The notes: generated by a model not told the origin, from the letters alone. Positions 30,759-41,102 are shown, numbered from the stretch's first letter. The stretch: DNA of 64,000 nucleotides from an uncultured Candidatus Saccharibacteria bacterium (GCA_964515375.1 CAZERF010000002.1:29164-93163); one strand, 5' to 3'. Translations and numbers: made by a program.

Positions 30759-31235
30759 TTATTCGGAGACAATAGTGTCTTTAAACCGGAGAACGACATG
30801 ACGATCCTTTCCGCTCCCCGCAGATTCAGTTGTTATATCAGAAGTATCGGCGAATTCAGAATGGACGATCATACGCTCGTACGAACTCATCGGATCCATT
30901 TCAACAGAGCTTTTGAAATATCGCGCGCGTTCCGCGAGCATGTGTGCTTTCGCGCGGATATCCTCAATATGCTTCTTTTGATAGTCATTCACATCGATCA
31001 TGAAGGAAAGATCACTCTCCTTGGCCTGACGCTCAAATATGCGCTTCATGATGTGATTGAGCGCCATAAGTCGTGCTCCATGTTCACCGATCAGGAGCGC
31101 GGAATCGGGGGTCTCGATGACGAAACGCAATGTTCCCGTCCGCTCATCCTCTTCAGTACGGATCTCGTTCACCACAACACCGAGAGTTCGGAGTATCGTG
31201 TGCAATGCGGTTATGATCGTTTCTTTGTGTTCCAT
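30759..31235 (-). CDS. jag: Jag/EloR-like KH + R3H RNA-binding protein
   Basis: LLIGEHGARLMALNHI, IDVNDY, PMSSYERMIVH; downstream of yidC. Confidence 0.85.
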   Translation of the reverse strand: MEHKETIITALHTILRTLGVVVNEIRTEEDERTGTLRFVIETPDSALLIGEHGARLMALNHIMKRIFERQAKESDLSFMIDVNDYQKKHIEDIRAKAHMLAERARYFKSSVEMDPMSSYERMIVHSEFADTSDITTESAGSGKDRHVVLRFKDTIVSE

Positions 31236-31304
31236 AGGAGAATGGCGTTAGGGTAATAAAAATCCCTCCGACAAGAGGGATTTACATTTCAACACAAAAG
31301 TTCA

Positions 31305-32042
31305 CTATTTCGCACGAAGCGCAAGTCTCTTTTTGTGCATCAACATCTCTTGACCGATACCAAGTATATTACTCGTTGCCCAATAAAGCGCAACCGCCGC
31401 GGGGAGTGTAAAGGAAATGATTCCGACGATCACAGGGAGCACATAACGAAGTTGGAGTTGCATTGTTTTTGCAAAATCCTCTTGAAATGAGGGCTTCTCT
31501 CCTTTCTTTGGTTCGATCGCCGGTTGATTCTTAATGGAAATATGAGCCTGGAGATACTGAGTAAAACCGGCAAGAAAAGCGAGGACGGCACTTTTTCCCA
31601 AGAGGTCAAACCCGAGAAAATGCATATCAAGCTCTCCCGGCGAAGAAACAAAAGGATAGAGAATACTCACGTCGATCGTGGGGAGTCCTTTGAAGAATAC
31701 CCAATACAAGCCGAAGATAATAGGGATCTGGATCAGAATAGGAAGACAACCGGAAAAAGGGGTGATCCCTTTTTTCTGGTAAAGTTCCATGGTCTTTTGT
31801 GCCAACTGCTGTTGATCCTTACCGTATTTCTCTTTGAGTGCCTTGAGTTCAGGTTCAAGCTCTTTCATTGCATGTTGTGCCTCGATCGACTTTCCCGCCA
31901 AAGGATACAACACAAGCTTCACAACAAGAGTAAGGAGAATGATCGCCACCCCAACAGAGTGCCACGGAAGGAAGTCAATAATGAGAACCAGAATATTATA
32001 GAGTGGTTGATAGACAACAGAGTGCCAAATAGATGAGATCAT
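31305..32042 (-). CDS. yidC: Membrane protein insertase YidC
   Basis: GVAIILLTLVVKLVLYPL, GCLPILIQIPI, PAAVALYWATSN. Confidence 0.93.
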   Translation of the reverse strand: MISSIWHSVVYQPLYNILVLIIDFLPWHSVGVAIILLTLVVKLVLYPLAGKSIEAQHAMKELEPELKALKEKYGKDQQQLAQKTMELYQKKGITPFSGCLPILIQIPIIFGLYWVFFKGLPTIDVSILYPFVSSPGELDMHFLGFDLLGKSAVLAFLAGFTQYLQAHISIKNQPAIEPKKGEKPSFQEDFAKTMQLQLRYVLPVIVGIISFTLPAAVALYWATSNILGIGQEMLMHKKRLALRAK

Positions 32043-32099
32043 GAATGAGTGATTACCGGAAGATGTAAGTGACGAACAATACCTATACTATACCTTCCG

Positions 32100-32339
32100 T
32101 CACGGAAAATCCACCAATTTTTTTTGGTACGGATGACACTGCAAAACACGTCGTACCCCTTTCAATATCCCTTTTATCGGGCCATATTTACGCACCGCAA
32201 GAATCATGTATTCCGAACACGAAGGATACATGGTGCAATAGGTACCCCGGAGTCCAAGGAACTTTCTCAACATTCCCTGATCAGGGGAGAGGATACGTTG
32301 ATAAAAACGCACACCACGAACAATAAATTCAGTGAGCAT
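32100..32339 (-). CDS. yidD: Membrane protein insertion efficiency factor YidD
   Basis: FYQRILSP...C.MYPSCSEY...RVLQCHP. Confidence 0.9.
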   Translation of the reverse strand: MLTEFIVRGVRFYQRILSPDQGMLRKFLGLRGTYCTMYPSCSEYMILAVRKYGPIKGILKGVRRVLQCHPYQKKLVDFP

Positions 32340-32673
32340 GTTGCATCAAAAGAAAAGCATCGAGATCCGCGCGAATATCGGCAAAAGCGATCGTACCCAC
32401 CTTTCGAAGCGGAAAAATGACCACCTTTCCGTGCACAAAGTGATCAAACGCGGGATAAAGCGGAAAAAGGGCAGCGAGTGCTCGTCTTTTGAAAAGATGG
32501 CGCTCAACCGCATTGTTTGAATGCTTCTTTGCGACCACAACAGAAAAAAGGGTCTTTTGTGGACCTGTACCGGTATACGAAACGACCCGCACCGCTTTTC
32601 CGTCATAAGTCGACCGTCGATCCCGATATGAAGGGAAGGTGTGACGGGTAAGCTTACGATCTTTAGAAAGCAT
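32329..32673 (-). CDS. rnpA: Ribonuclease P protein component
   Basis: FSVVVAKK..NAVERHLFKRR (RNR-like motif); lies between rpmH and yidD. Confidence 0.82.
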   Translation of the reverse strand: MLSKDRKLTRHTFPSYRDRRSTYDGKAVRVVSYTGTGPQKTLFSVVVAKKHSNNAVERHLFKRRALAALFPLYPAFDHFVHGKVVIFPLRKVGTIAFADIRADLDAFLLMQHAH

Positions 32674-32736
32674 AGAGCGAGATGATTACACGAAAAAGTC
32701 CGCGGCTGTGGAAAAACGCCGGGTAAGGAATGATCC

Positions 32737-32871
32737 TTAGACTGCGAGGCGCGCGCGTCCCTTCTGCATTCTCCGCTTGAGTACAGTCTTTCCGTTCGCT
32801 GTCTTCTTGCGAACGAGAAAACCGTGTGTTTTCGCGCGTTTACGCTTTTTGGGTTGATATGTGACTGACAT
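32737..32871 (-). CDS. rpmH: 50S ribosomal protein L34
   Basis: [44 protein letters not shown] (44 aa). Confidence 0.95.
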   Translation of the reverse strand: MSVTYQPKKRKRAKTHGFLVRKKTANGKTVLKRRMQKGRARLAV

Positions 32872-33047
32872 GCGGCGAAGTATAAAATACTTTCTTTTAT
32901 TTTTCAACATTGCCCATCGTTCTTTTGTGGTGTAATGTTTGTCCACAGGTTATACACGACATATGAACAGTTCGGTCTTTTTCTCTCGCACCGACTTCTT
33001 CGCTATAATGATGCTTACGTTATTGAACTAACTTTGGAGGACTTTTT

Positions 33048-34397
33048 ATGGAGAATAAAGAATTATGGAGCAGGGCGCTGGTTGATATTGAGCTTGAAGT
33101 TTCCAAAGCGAACTTCAGTACATGGTTCAAGAACACCAGGATCACGAAACAGGAGGACGGTACGGTCTATATCGGGGTTCAAAATGAGTTCGTGCGTGAC
33201 TGGCTCTCCAACAAGTACCACTCCATGCTCCTCAAAACCCTCCGAAACCTCTCCGAACAAGTACGCAATATTGAGTACGTTATCGTCAAAGACGACGGTA
33301 TTGAGCGTCCGGAACATCCGCAAAAGAAAGATCTTTTCCCCACACTCAGCGCCGAACTCCCACTTCAAGACACCTACGTGAATCGAGAAGACGGCTTAAA
33401 TCCTCGTTATATTTTTGATTCCTTCGTCATTGGACCCTTCAATGAGCTTGCCTATGCCGCAGCACAAGCGGTTCTCAAGAAGCCGGGAATCATGTATAAC
33501 CCACTCTTTATCTACGGATCGACCGGATTCGGAAAGACCCACTTGATTCAATCGATCGGAAACGGAGTTAAACACCAATATCCCGGAAAAAGAGTGCAAT
33601 ACATCAGTTCTGAGAAATTCGCGACCGATTATGTGAACTCCCTCCAGAACAATCGCGTCAATGAATTCAAGGAAAAATATCGCAAATTCGATGTCCTGAT
33701 CATGGATGATATTCAGTTCTTGGTAGGGAAGGAGAAGACTCAAGAGGAACTCTTCCATCTCTACAACGCCCTCTACGAGAACAACAAACAGATCATCTTC
33801 TCCTCAGACAAACATCCCAACTACATCAATGGGCTTGAAGACCGACTCAAATCACGTTTTGGATCAGGGATGATCGTCGAGATCACGATGCCGGACTTCG
33901 AATCACGTCTCGCTATTCTTCGTGAAAAACTCAAACAACAACAAGTTATCATTCCCGACGAGATCGTCGCGCATATCGCGGAAACGATCCAAGCAAGCAT
34001 TCGCGAACTCGAGGGAACCCTCAATCTCGTTGTTTGCCAAGCACAACTTAAGAACAAGACACTATCCCTAAATGAGGTAAAAACTCTCATCAAAAACAAC
34101 GCAAAACCGACAAAACCGGTCTCCATCAAAGATATCGTCAAGACGATCACTACCTTCTACAACATCGATGAACGCTTCATTTATGAAAAGACTCGCCGCA
34201 AGGAGGTGGTAAAACCGCGCCAAGTATTGATGTACATCCTTCGTGAAGATTTCAACATCTCCTATCCTTTGATCGGACAAAAACTAGGCGGACGTGATCA
34301 CACGACGGTTATACACTCGTGTGAGAAGATCAAAGTAGACATAAAGAGTGACACACTCCTTATGCAGGAGATCGAGCAGATCCGTGCAATGTTCTAA
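33048..34397 (+). CDS. dnaA: Chromosomal replication initiator DnaA
   Basis: YNPLFIYGSTGFGKTHL, MDDIQF, QEELFH, RLKSRF, GGRDHTTVIH. Confidence 0.98.
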   Translation: MENKELWSRALVDIELEVSKANFSTWFKNTRITKQEDGTVYIGVQNEFVRDWLSNKYHSMLLKTLRNLSEQVRNIEYVIVKDDGIERPEHPQKKDLFPTLSAELPLQDTYVNREDGLNPRYIFDSFVIGPFNELAYAAAQAVLKKPGIMYNPLFIYGSTGFGKTHLIQSIGNGVKHQYPGKRVQYISSEKFATDYVNSLQNNRVNEFKEKYRKFDVLIMDDIQFLVGKEKTQEELFHLYNALYENNKQIIFSSDKHPNYINGLEDRLKSRFGSGMIVEITMPDFESRLAILREKLKQQQVIIPDEIVAHIAETIQASIRELEGTLNLVVCQAQLKNKTLSLNEVKTLIKNNAKPTKPVSIKDIVKTITTFYNIDERFIYEKTRRKEVVKPRQVLMYILREDFNISYPLIGQKLGGRDHTTVIHSCEKIKVDIKSDTLLMQEIEQIRAMF

Positions 34398-34648
34398 AGT
34401 GTGAACTGTGGAGAAGGTCGGGGATAACACACGTTTGAGTGGGGATGAAAAACAAGGAGACTGGGGATGGGTTGTGGATGAATGTGTGCGTAGTGAAAGA
34501 GAGGTGTGGATATCACCAAACATCTCCACAGACTACACAATAAAAAATGTCGGATATATCGTTCTTAAATAAGGGTATAGTATCGCTCATCCACATATCC
34601 ACACCGGTAATTCATATAATAGATCTTATATAAAGAAGTTATACAGTT
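34398..34648. promoter_or_regulatory. Replication origin oriC (dnaA-dnaN intergenic)
   Basis: Multiple DnaA-box variants (34407, 34473, 34505, 34522, 34587, 34595); tandem boxes followed by CCGG and an AT-rich tract; + strand appears to switch from C-rich to G-rich around here. Confidence 0.85.
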
Positions 34649-35749
34649 ATGAAGCTCGAATGCGTAAAACTCAATCTCAAAGATGCATTGCTCACTGCGG
34701 AACGGTTCACGGGGAAGCGTGTTTCGTTGCCGGTGCTCCGTTACGTGCTTTTCATTGCCGGTGAAAAGTCACTCAAACTTCGTGCGACGAATCTCGAGAT
34801 GGGGATCGAGATCGAACTCCCCGCTCGCGTGGAGAAAGAGGGTGTCATTGCGATACCGGCTGATACACTGGGTAACTTTCTTTCAAATCTTCCGAGCGAG
34901 AAGAATGTGACGATCGAGCAAGCTGAAGGAAATCTTCTTATTGCCGGTTCAACCTATTCGACGGTCATTAAGGGTTTTCCTTATGAGGACTTTCCTACGC
35001 TGCCGTTCGTGACTAAGGGAATCAGTTTTGATATTGAAGCACGTCAATTGGTGGAAGGTTTCCGTGCAACACAGTTCTCTGTGGCGCTCTCGATGGTCAA
35101 GCCGGAATTCGCGAGTGTGTATGTGTATACCGAGGAAGGAATGCTGGTGATGGTCGCAACTGACTCGTCACGCCTCGGAGAGAAGCGTGTAGCGCTCAAA
35201 AATGCTCCTGAAGGCCTCTCGATGCTTATTCCCGGGACCAATGTCGTTGAGCTTGTTCGTGCGCTTGAAGGGGTGAATGAGAGGGTTTCCGTCGTTGCGA
35301 CAAAAAACCAAGTGACATTCAGTACGGAGCATATTCACATCACCTCTCGCCTTGTTGATGGAGTGTTTCCTGATTATCATCAGATCATTCCGAAGAAGTT
35401 TACTACTGAAGTGGTACTTCTTCGTCAGGATCTTGTTGATCGTCTTCGTATGACCACGGTGTTCTCGGGGAAATTGCAACAAGTACGCCTTAAGATCTAT
35501 CCGCAAGAGAAGCTTTTTGAGGTAGAGTCTCGCAACGATGAGATCGGAGAGACATCACAACAGGTTGACGCGACACTTTCCGGTGAGTCGGTTGAATTTC
35601 TTTTGAATCAGCGATTTTTAAACGACGTTCTCTCGTATCTCTCAACTGATAGTGTGACGCTTTCTGCGAGTGGTGCAGGAAAACCTCTTGTAGTTCGCGG
35701 TGTTGGTGATCATTCATTTCTTTACCTCCTCATGCCGATGCGCGGTTGA
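34649..35749 (+). CDS. dnaN: DNA polymerase III beta clamp
   Basis: LRATNLE, EDFPTLP, VATDSSRL, SRLVDGVFPDY, YLLMPMR. Confidence 0.96.
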   Translation: MKLECVKLNLKDALLTAERFTGKRVSLPVLRYVLFIAGEKSLKLRATNLEMGIEIELPARVEKEGVIAIPADTLGNFLSNLPSEKNVTIEQAEGNLLIAGSTYSTVIKGFPYEDFPTLPFVTKGISFDIEARQLVEGFRATQFSVALSMVKPEFASVYVYTEEGMLVMVATDSSRLGEKRVALKNAPEGLSMLIPGTNVVELVRALEGVNERVSVVATKNQVTFSTEHIHITSRLVDGVFPDYHQIIPKKFTTEVVLLRQDLVDRLRMTTVFSGKLQQVRLKIYPQEKLFEVESRNDEIGETSQQVDATLSGESVEFLLNQRFLNDVLSYLSTDSVTLSASGAGKPLVVRGVGDHSFLYLLMPMRG

Positions 35750-35760
35750 TCATTTTCGAT

Positions 35761-36021
35761 ATGGAACTTTCCGGTATCGCAAAATATCTTGAGATCTATC
35801 GTGAACGATTGTTGTCCGCCGATGATGAGCGGAAACTTGTGGTCATGGTTGTTCGTGATGTTGCGGGGGTTTCTATTGCCGAGTCGGATATCACGATCAA
35901 GCAGACCGTATTGCACATCAAGGCGGATTCGGTGACACGACACCGTCTTTTTGTTTGTCGTGAAAAGATCGTGAAAGAACTTGCGTCTCGTACAAAACAA
36001 AAGATCACCGAAGTGCGGTGA
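35761..36021 (+). CDS. Small protein, possible DciA (DUF721)-like helicase loader
   Basis: Follows dnaN directly; TVLHIKADSVTRHRLFVCREKIVKEL resembles the DUF721 core. Confidence 0.5.
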   Translation: MELSGIAKYLEIYRERLLSADDERKLVVMVVRDVAGVSIAESDITIKQTVLHIKADSVTRHRLFVCREKIVKELASRTKQKITEVR

Positions 36022-36033
36022 TCTTTTGTTTAC

Positions 36034-38556
36034 TTATTCGACGATCGTCACATTTGTGACCGACTCTTTTTTATTTCCGACTGTGTCGTTCGCGATGATA
36101 CGGATCGTTGATCGTGTTGTTGATGCGTACGTCGGGATGAAAGAAAAGTCGTATGGTGGATTCGTGAGGGAGCCGAGGAAGGTGTCGTTCACAAAGAAGT
36201 CGACATGCTTGATCGGGAAGTGACTCGAGATCGTACTTCGAACAACAGTCTTTTGTCCCGCAGTGAGTGTTGTTTCCGGGAGAGGTTCACTGACAGTGAT
36301 CGTGGGAACGTATTCAGGAAGATGAAGATCGTCGAATCCTTCCGGTATCGAATTCCACGCATTCGCAGGGACGCCGTTCTCGGTGATCCATTGTTGCGCG
36401 GGGATCTCCCAAAGTAGATATTGCGGGTCGTTGTGGGGGTTGACCGGAGCGGGTCCTGTTGGGTCATTCTTGTTGACCCAGAAGAGTATTTCATGCGGGT
36501 TTGGAATGACTCGTTCCTCGATCAAGTATTGCGGTGTGTGTTCGGTTGCGAACTTTCCAGATATCTTATCGACCTTGTAGGTTGTCCCACCGTACCAGAT
36601 ACCACGGAGTGCGGGTTTGAGATTTGGATCGATCGGTCGCGGTGGTGTAAATCGTTCGTCGGAAGCGGTTGAGGTCGCGGTGGTGAAAAATGCATTCCAG
36701 AGCGGAGCAATGATGAATCCCGCCACTTTCTTTTCCATTGATGAATTATCATTATTTCCCGCCCATGCGCCGACAGAGAGGTTGGGTGTATAGCCGATGA
36801 TCCACGCATCTTTGTAATTATTGGTCGTTCCGGTCTTTACGGCAACGGTACGATCTTTGACGTTAAGATAAGAGTCGGAACCAAAGGCGGGCGCGCGAGC
36901 AATATTGTCACTCAAAACATCGGAGATCTGTCGCGCAACATTCTCGTCGATGACTTGGGTTTCGTTCTTTTTGAATTCATACAACATGACCCCCTTGTTG
37001 TCTTCAACCTTGAGGAGTCCGGTGTGTTGGTTTCGTTTCCCGTCGTTCGCGAAAACGCCGTATGCGCTGGTCATTTCAAGCAGTGTGACCTCTCCTCCAC
37101 CCAAAACAAGTGTGAGTCCGTACTGTGATTTGTCGCCGAGTGTGGTAATACCAAGACGTTCAGAGATATCGATTGCCTTGTTGAGTCCGGTCAAATAGAG
37201 GAGTTTGACCGCGGGGACATTCATTGATTGTGCAAGCGCGTTGCGTAGTGAGACCGGACCGTTGTAGGTATGGTCATAATTCTCCGGTCTATAACACTTT
37301 GACTTGTCGACACCACCGATCGGTTCTCCGAAGGGGTCACAGAAGGTTGAGAATTCCGTGCGCACGTTAAAGAGTGTGGTGTCGGGTGTATATCCTTGTT
37401 CAAAGGCTGCCGCGTAAATGAAAGGTTTGAAAGCGGAACCGGGCTGACGTTTGGCGAGTGTGGTGTTGAAGTTCCCTTCGTTTTCGGTGTCGAAGTAGTC
37501 GCGCGATCCCACCATTGTGAGGATATGTCCCGTCTTTGGATCGACCGCGATCAATCCCGCGTTCGATGCGTTGAAATTCTTTTCGTTTTCCTTCACATAT
37601 TGCGCGACGATCTCTTCACCGGCCTTTTGGAGCTCCATATCAAGCGTTGTTGTTACTCGCAAGCCGCCTTCGGTGATCACATCTTCACCATACATATCAA
37701 CAAGTATCTCTCGGATATACATGACGAAATGAGGAGCAAGGATACCGCGCTCGCGAGGGGGTTGGAATTTAACCACCTCATTGCGGAACTTTTCGTATTC
37801 CTCGTTTGTGATCATGTTGAGATCGTACATGCGTTTGAGTACAAGGTTCTTTCGCGCTTCAAGCTTGTCGATATTGTTGCCGTATGGGGAATATCGGGTT
37901 GGCGCTTGTGGTATCGCGGCAAGGTATGCCGCCTCAGCGAGGCCAACCTCACTTGCGTGTTTTCCGAAGTAGGTCATGCTCGCCTCTTCGACGCCATAGA
38001 TATTTCCACCATACGGCGCATCATTCAAATAGAGTTCCAAGATCTCCTCTTTGGTCATGATCTGCTCCAGTTTGAGCGCGAGGATCCATTCTTTTACTTT
38101 GCGACTGATCGTCTTTTCTTGAGAGAGGAGCGCATTCTTGATCACTTGTTGGGTGATCGTTGATCCGCCCTGGCTATATTCCATTTCCCTTATATTCACC
38201 CAAACCGCGCGGAGGATCGCGGTCGGCTTGATACCGATATGGTCATAGAACTCTTCATCTTCGATCGCAACAGTCGCGTTCTTGATCTCCGGACTGATTT
38301 TGTCGAAAGTGACGAGGGTCCGGCGAACATCTTTGTGGACATCATAGAGTACGATCTTTCCAGTTCGGTCATATATTTTTGTTGACTGAGAGACTTTTCG
38401 TGTTTCAAAAAGACTGAAATCCGGGATCTCGATCGTTGTTGCCCAAATGAGAAACGAACTCACCGCAAAGATACTGATGATCAATACCGCAATGAAGAAC
38501 ATTTGTATCCAAAGGAAGAATCTCTTCCTCCTTATTCTCTTTTGGTTGGAATGCAT
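36034..38556 (-). CDS. Class A penicillin-binding protein (PBP1A) with C-terminal Ig-like domain
   Basis: EDEEFYDH, GGSTITQQ, RKVKE transglycosylase motifs; SAFK, SMN, KTG transpeptidase motifs. Confidence 0.93.
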   Translation of the reverse strand: MHSNQKRIRRKRFFLWIQMFFIAVLIISIFAVSSFLIWATTIEIPDFSLFETRKVSQSTKIYDRTGKIVLYDVHKDVRRTLVTFDKISPEIKNATVAIEDEEFYDHIGIKPTAILRAVWVNIREMEYSQGGSTITQQVIKNALLSQEKTISRKVKEWILALKLEQIMTKEEILELYLNDAPYGGNIYGVEEASMTYFGKHASEVGLAEAAYLAAIPQAPTRYSPYGNNIDKLEARKNLVLKRMYDLNMITNEEYEKFRNEVVKFQPPRERGILAPHFVMYIREILVDMYGEDVITEGGLRVTTTLDMELQKAGEEIVAQYVKENEKNFNASNAGLIAVDPKTGHILTMVGSRDYFDTENEGNFNTTLAKRQPGSAFKPFIYAAAFEQGYTPDTTLFNVRTEFSTFCDPFGEPIGGVDKSKCYRPENYDHTYNGPVSLRNALAQSMNVPAVKLLYLTGLNKAIDISERLGITTLGDKSQYGLTLVLGGGEVTLLEMTSAYGVFANDGKRNQHTGLLKVEDNKGVMLYEFKKNETQVIDENVARQISDVLSDNIARAPAFGSDSYLNVKDRTVAVKTGTTNNYKDAWIIGYTPNLSVGAWAGNNDNSSMEKKVAGFIIAPLWNAFFTTATSTASDERFTPPRPIDPNLKPALRGIWYGGTTYKVDKISGKFATEHTPQYLIEERVIPNPHEILFWVNKNDPTGPAPVNPHNDPQYLLWEIPAQQWITENGVPANAWNSIPEGFDDLHLPEYVPTITVSEPLPETTLTAGQKTVVRSTISSHFPIKHVDFFVNDTFLGSLTNPPYDFSFIPTYASTTRSTIRIIANDTVGNKKESVTNVTIVE

Positions 38557-38634
38557 AGGACCTTGTTATACGTATAGTAGCACAAAATTACAAGAGAAAA
38601 GACAAAGAAAAGCACATATGCTAGCATGATGTGC

Positions 38635-40050
38635 ATGAAGGTAATAACACCACAAGAAGCGGAAAATGTCGTTTCCGACATCCTTGCGCGCGGGGTGGGC
38701 GAATATGTCGATCCTGACGGGCGTTTCCGTAAAAAGCTTATCGCAAAGGCAACAGGAGAATTCCATGGTGACATCGTCATTAAATTCGGTGTCGACCCTA
38801 CGCGTCCGGATATCCACTTGGGGCACGCGGTTGTGCTTCGCAAGTTGCGACAACTCCAAGATATTGGTTGTAAGGTGATTTTTTTGATCGGAGATTATAC
38901 GGCGCAGATCGGAGATCCGACCGGAAAAAGTAAGGTTCGCCCCGAGGTGGAACAGTCCGCCATCGAACACAACATGAAGACTTATCTCGAACAGGCGGGA
39001 AAGATCTTGAGCACGGACCCGAGTGTGTTTTCATGGATCCGCAATTCCGACTGGTTCCTTTCTCCGATGGACCTCTCCCTCCCTGATGATGTGAAGGTGG
39101 AGTTTGCGGTCAAGAAAGGGGTGATCGAGGAAAAGGTTGAATTCCCTCCCAACTCTTTTATTGGGAAGTCTGTTGTTTTTGATCAGACACGCATGCAATC
39201 TCGCATGGGGTTGGGGCGTGTTGTGAATGTATCACTTACGAACATGATGTGGAACCTGAAACACATCACCCACGCACAGCTTGTTGAGCGTGATATGTTT
39301 CAAAAACGGATCACTGAAGGGGAGGGTCTCTTTATGCATGAGATGTTCTACCCGATCCTCCAGGGTACCGATTCTGATGTCCTACATCGGATCTACGGGT
39401 CATGTGATTGTGAGGTCGGTGGTACTGATCAGACATTCAATATGTTGATGGGACGCAAGATCATGGAAGTCAATCATCACGAACCTCAAGCGGTCCTTTC
39501 GTTCGCACTGCTTGTTGGTCTCGACGGAAAGGAAAAAATGTCCAAATCACTCGATAATTATATTGGAGTCACTGATGCACCGGCTGATATGTTCGGAAAG
39601 GTGATGAGTATTTCCGACGTGGCGATCCCTTCATATCTTGAGTTGTGTACTTTTACGCCGATGGATGACGTGCGTTCGATCGTTCTTGATCTTGAGCGCG
39701 GCACGCTTCACCCAAAGGAGGTGAAGATGGATCTCGCGCAGCAGATCGTGGAGATCTATCACGGCAAAGAGGCGGGAAATTCGGCGCGTGAACAGTTTGT
39801 CCACACATTCGAAAAGAAGGGGGTTCCCGCCGAGATGGCTGAAATCGGAACAAAGAAGGGCACACTCCTTTCCGACGCGCTCGTTGCCGCGCAGTTTGTT
39901 GAATCAAAGAGTGAATTCCGTCGTTTATTGAATGAAGGTGCGTTGCGTAAAGATGGAGAAGAAAAGATCGTTGACCCGATGTTTGTTGTGAACGAGTCGA
40001 TCGTACTCAAGATAGGGAAGCATCGTTTCGTTCGGGTCATCGCCTCGTGA
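38635..40050 (+). CDS. tyrS: Tyrosine--tRNA ligase
   Basis: KFGVDPTRPDIHLGH, GGTDQTFN, KMSKS, C-terminal S4 domain. Confidence 0.93.
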   Translation: MKVITPQEAENVVSDILARGVGEYVDPDGRFRKKLIAKATGEFHGDIVIKFGVDPTRPDIHLGHAVVLRKLRQLQDIGCKVIFLIGDYTAQIGDPTGKSKVRPEVEQSAIEHNMKTYLEQAGKILSTDPSVFSWIRNSDWFLSPMDLSLPDDVKVEFAVKKGVIEEKVEFPPNSFIGKSVVFDQTRMQSRMGLGRVVNVSLTNMMWNLKHITHAQLVERDMFQKRITEGEGLFMHEMFYPILQGTDSDVLHRIYGSCDCEVGGTDQTFNMLMGRKIMEVNHHEPQAVLSFALLVGLDGKEKMSKSLDNYIGVTDAPADMFGKVMSISDVAIPSYLELCTFTPMDDVRSIVLDLERGTLHPKEVKMDLAQQIVEIYHGKEAGNSAREQFVHTFEKKGVPAEMAEIGTKKGTLLSDALVAAQFVESKSEFRRLLNEGALRKDGEEKIVDPMFVVNESIVLKIGKHRFVRVIAS

Positions 40051-40057
40051 CCGGTGA

Positions 40058-40093
40058 ATAAAAAAGAACACCCGCTCGGGTGTTCTTTTTTTT
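40058..40093. terminator. Bidirectional intrinsic terminator
   Basis: AAAAAGAACACCCG-ct-CGGGTGTTCTTTTT. Confidence 0.8.
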
Positions 40094-40095
40094 AT

Positions 40096-40305
40096 TCATT
40101 CTATTTCTTCTTCAAGCAACTCGTCTTCCTCATCGTCTTCCTCTGGTGGGACAACTGTTTCATCAAGAGGATCTATAACATCATCGATCTCTTCCTCGAC
40201 ATCGTCAAGAAAATCGTCGCTTCCTAACGCATCCGGATCGAATTCGTCGTCATCGGATGTACTCTCTTCAGGTAAGATACCGTCGGTAACAAAATCATCG
40301 GTCAT
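40096..40305 (-). CDS. Very acidic 69-aa protein
   Basis: About half Asp/Glu, no Lys/Arg/His; ends at the shared terminator. Confidence 0.65.
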   Translation of the reverse strand: MTDDFVTDGILPEESTSDDDEFDPDALGSDDFLDDVEEEIDDVIDPLDETVVPPEEDDEEDELLEEEIE

Positions 40306-40410
40306 AAACTCATGATGTTCATTGATAAGTTGTTCGCAGTTGCGAACATTATCACATATGTATCATGAGCTGTTTGTACTGGCAAGCAGGAAATCCACGT
40401 TTGTATTCCT

Positions 40411-40908
40411 TCATTTTTTTACCCTTATCCCCATGATGGTGCGTTCGTTTGCGAGCGTCGTGAGTGCAACCGCGATCGCGTCGTATTCATCGTCAAGTTT
40501 TGGAACCTCATCGAAGTGAATGATCGCATTGACCATCTTCATGATCTGATCCTTTGTCGCCCTCCCATAGCCGGTGAGTGCGATCTTGATCGCCAGCGGA
40601 TTGTATTCCACCAGTGTGATCTGATGTGTTGCCGCGATATACATGATCATGCCGCGCACTTCGGCGACATGTAGTGCGGTCTTTGCGTTGTTGGTGAAGT
40701 AGAGTTCTTCGATCGCGATGATGTCGGGCTTGTGGGTCGCGATCAAGTCGTCGATCGTTTTACCCACAGTAAAAAGACGAGAGGAAAAAGACTCCTTTTG
40801 AGAAGTTTCGATGCAAGATGAGTAGATGAGAGTGCTTGTCGCATTATCGCCTTCAAGCACCGCAACTCCACATCGACCGAATCCGGGATCTATACCGAGC
40901 ACGCGCAT
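40411..40908 (-). CDS. ruvC: Holliday junction resolvase RuvC
   Basis: VLGIDPG, AIEELYF, TGYGRATKDQI, DDEYDAIAVA. Confidence 0.95.
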   Translation of the reverse strand: MRVLGIDPGFGRCGVAVLEGDNATSTLIYSSCIETSQKESFSSRLFTVGKTIDDLIATHKPDIIAIEELYFTNNAKTALHVAEVRGMIMYIAATHQITLVEYNPLAIKIALTGYGRATKDQIMKMVNAIIHFDEVPKLDDEYDAIAVALTTLANERTIMGIRVKK

Positions 40909-41102
40909 GAGTAGAAAGTAGTGAGGAGGGAATAAGAATTCTTTTTCTCAGCGTTTGATCGAAAGTACATATCAAAATGTGTGTCTTGCTCACTCGTGTG
41001 AGAATAGAAAGTTTTAATACCCCCTTATATTTATTATAACACCGAGTTTCATTCGTATTCTCTCTGAAAAAGAACCCCTGTGAAGGGGTCTTTCTTGAAA
41101 TG

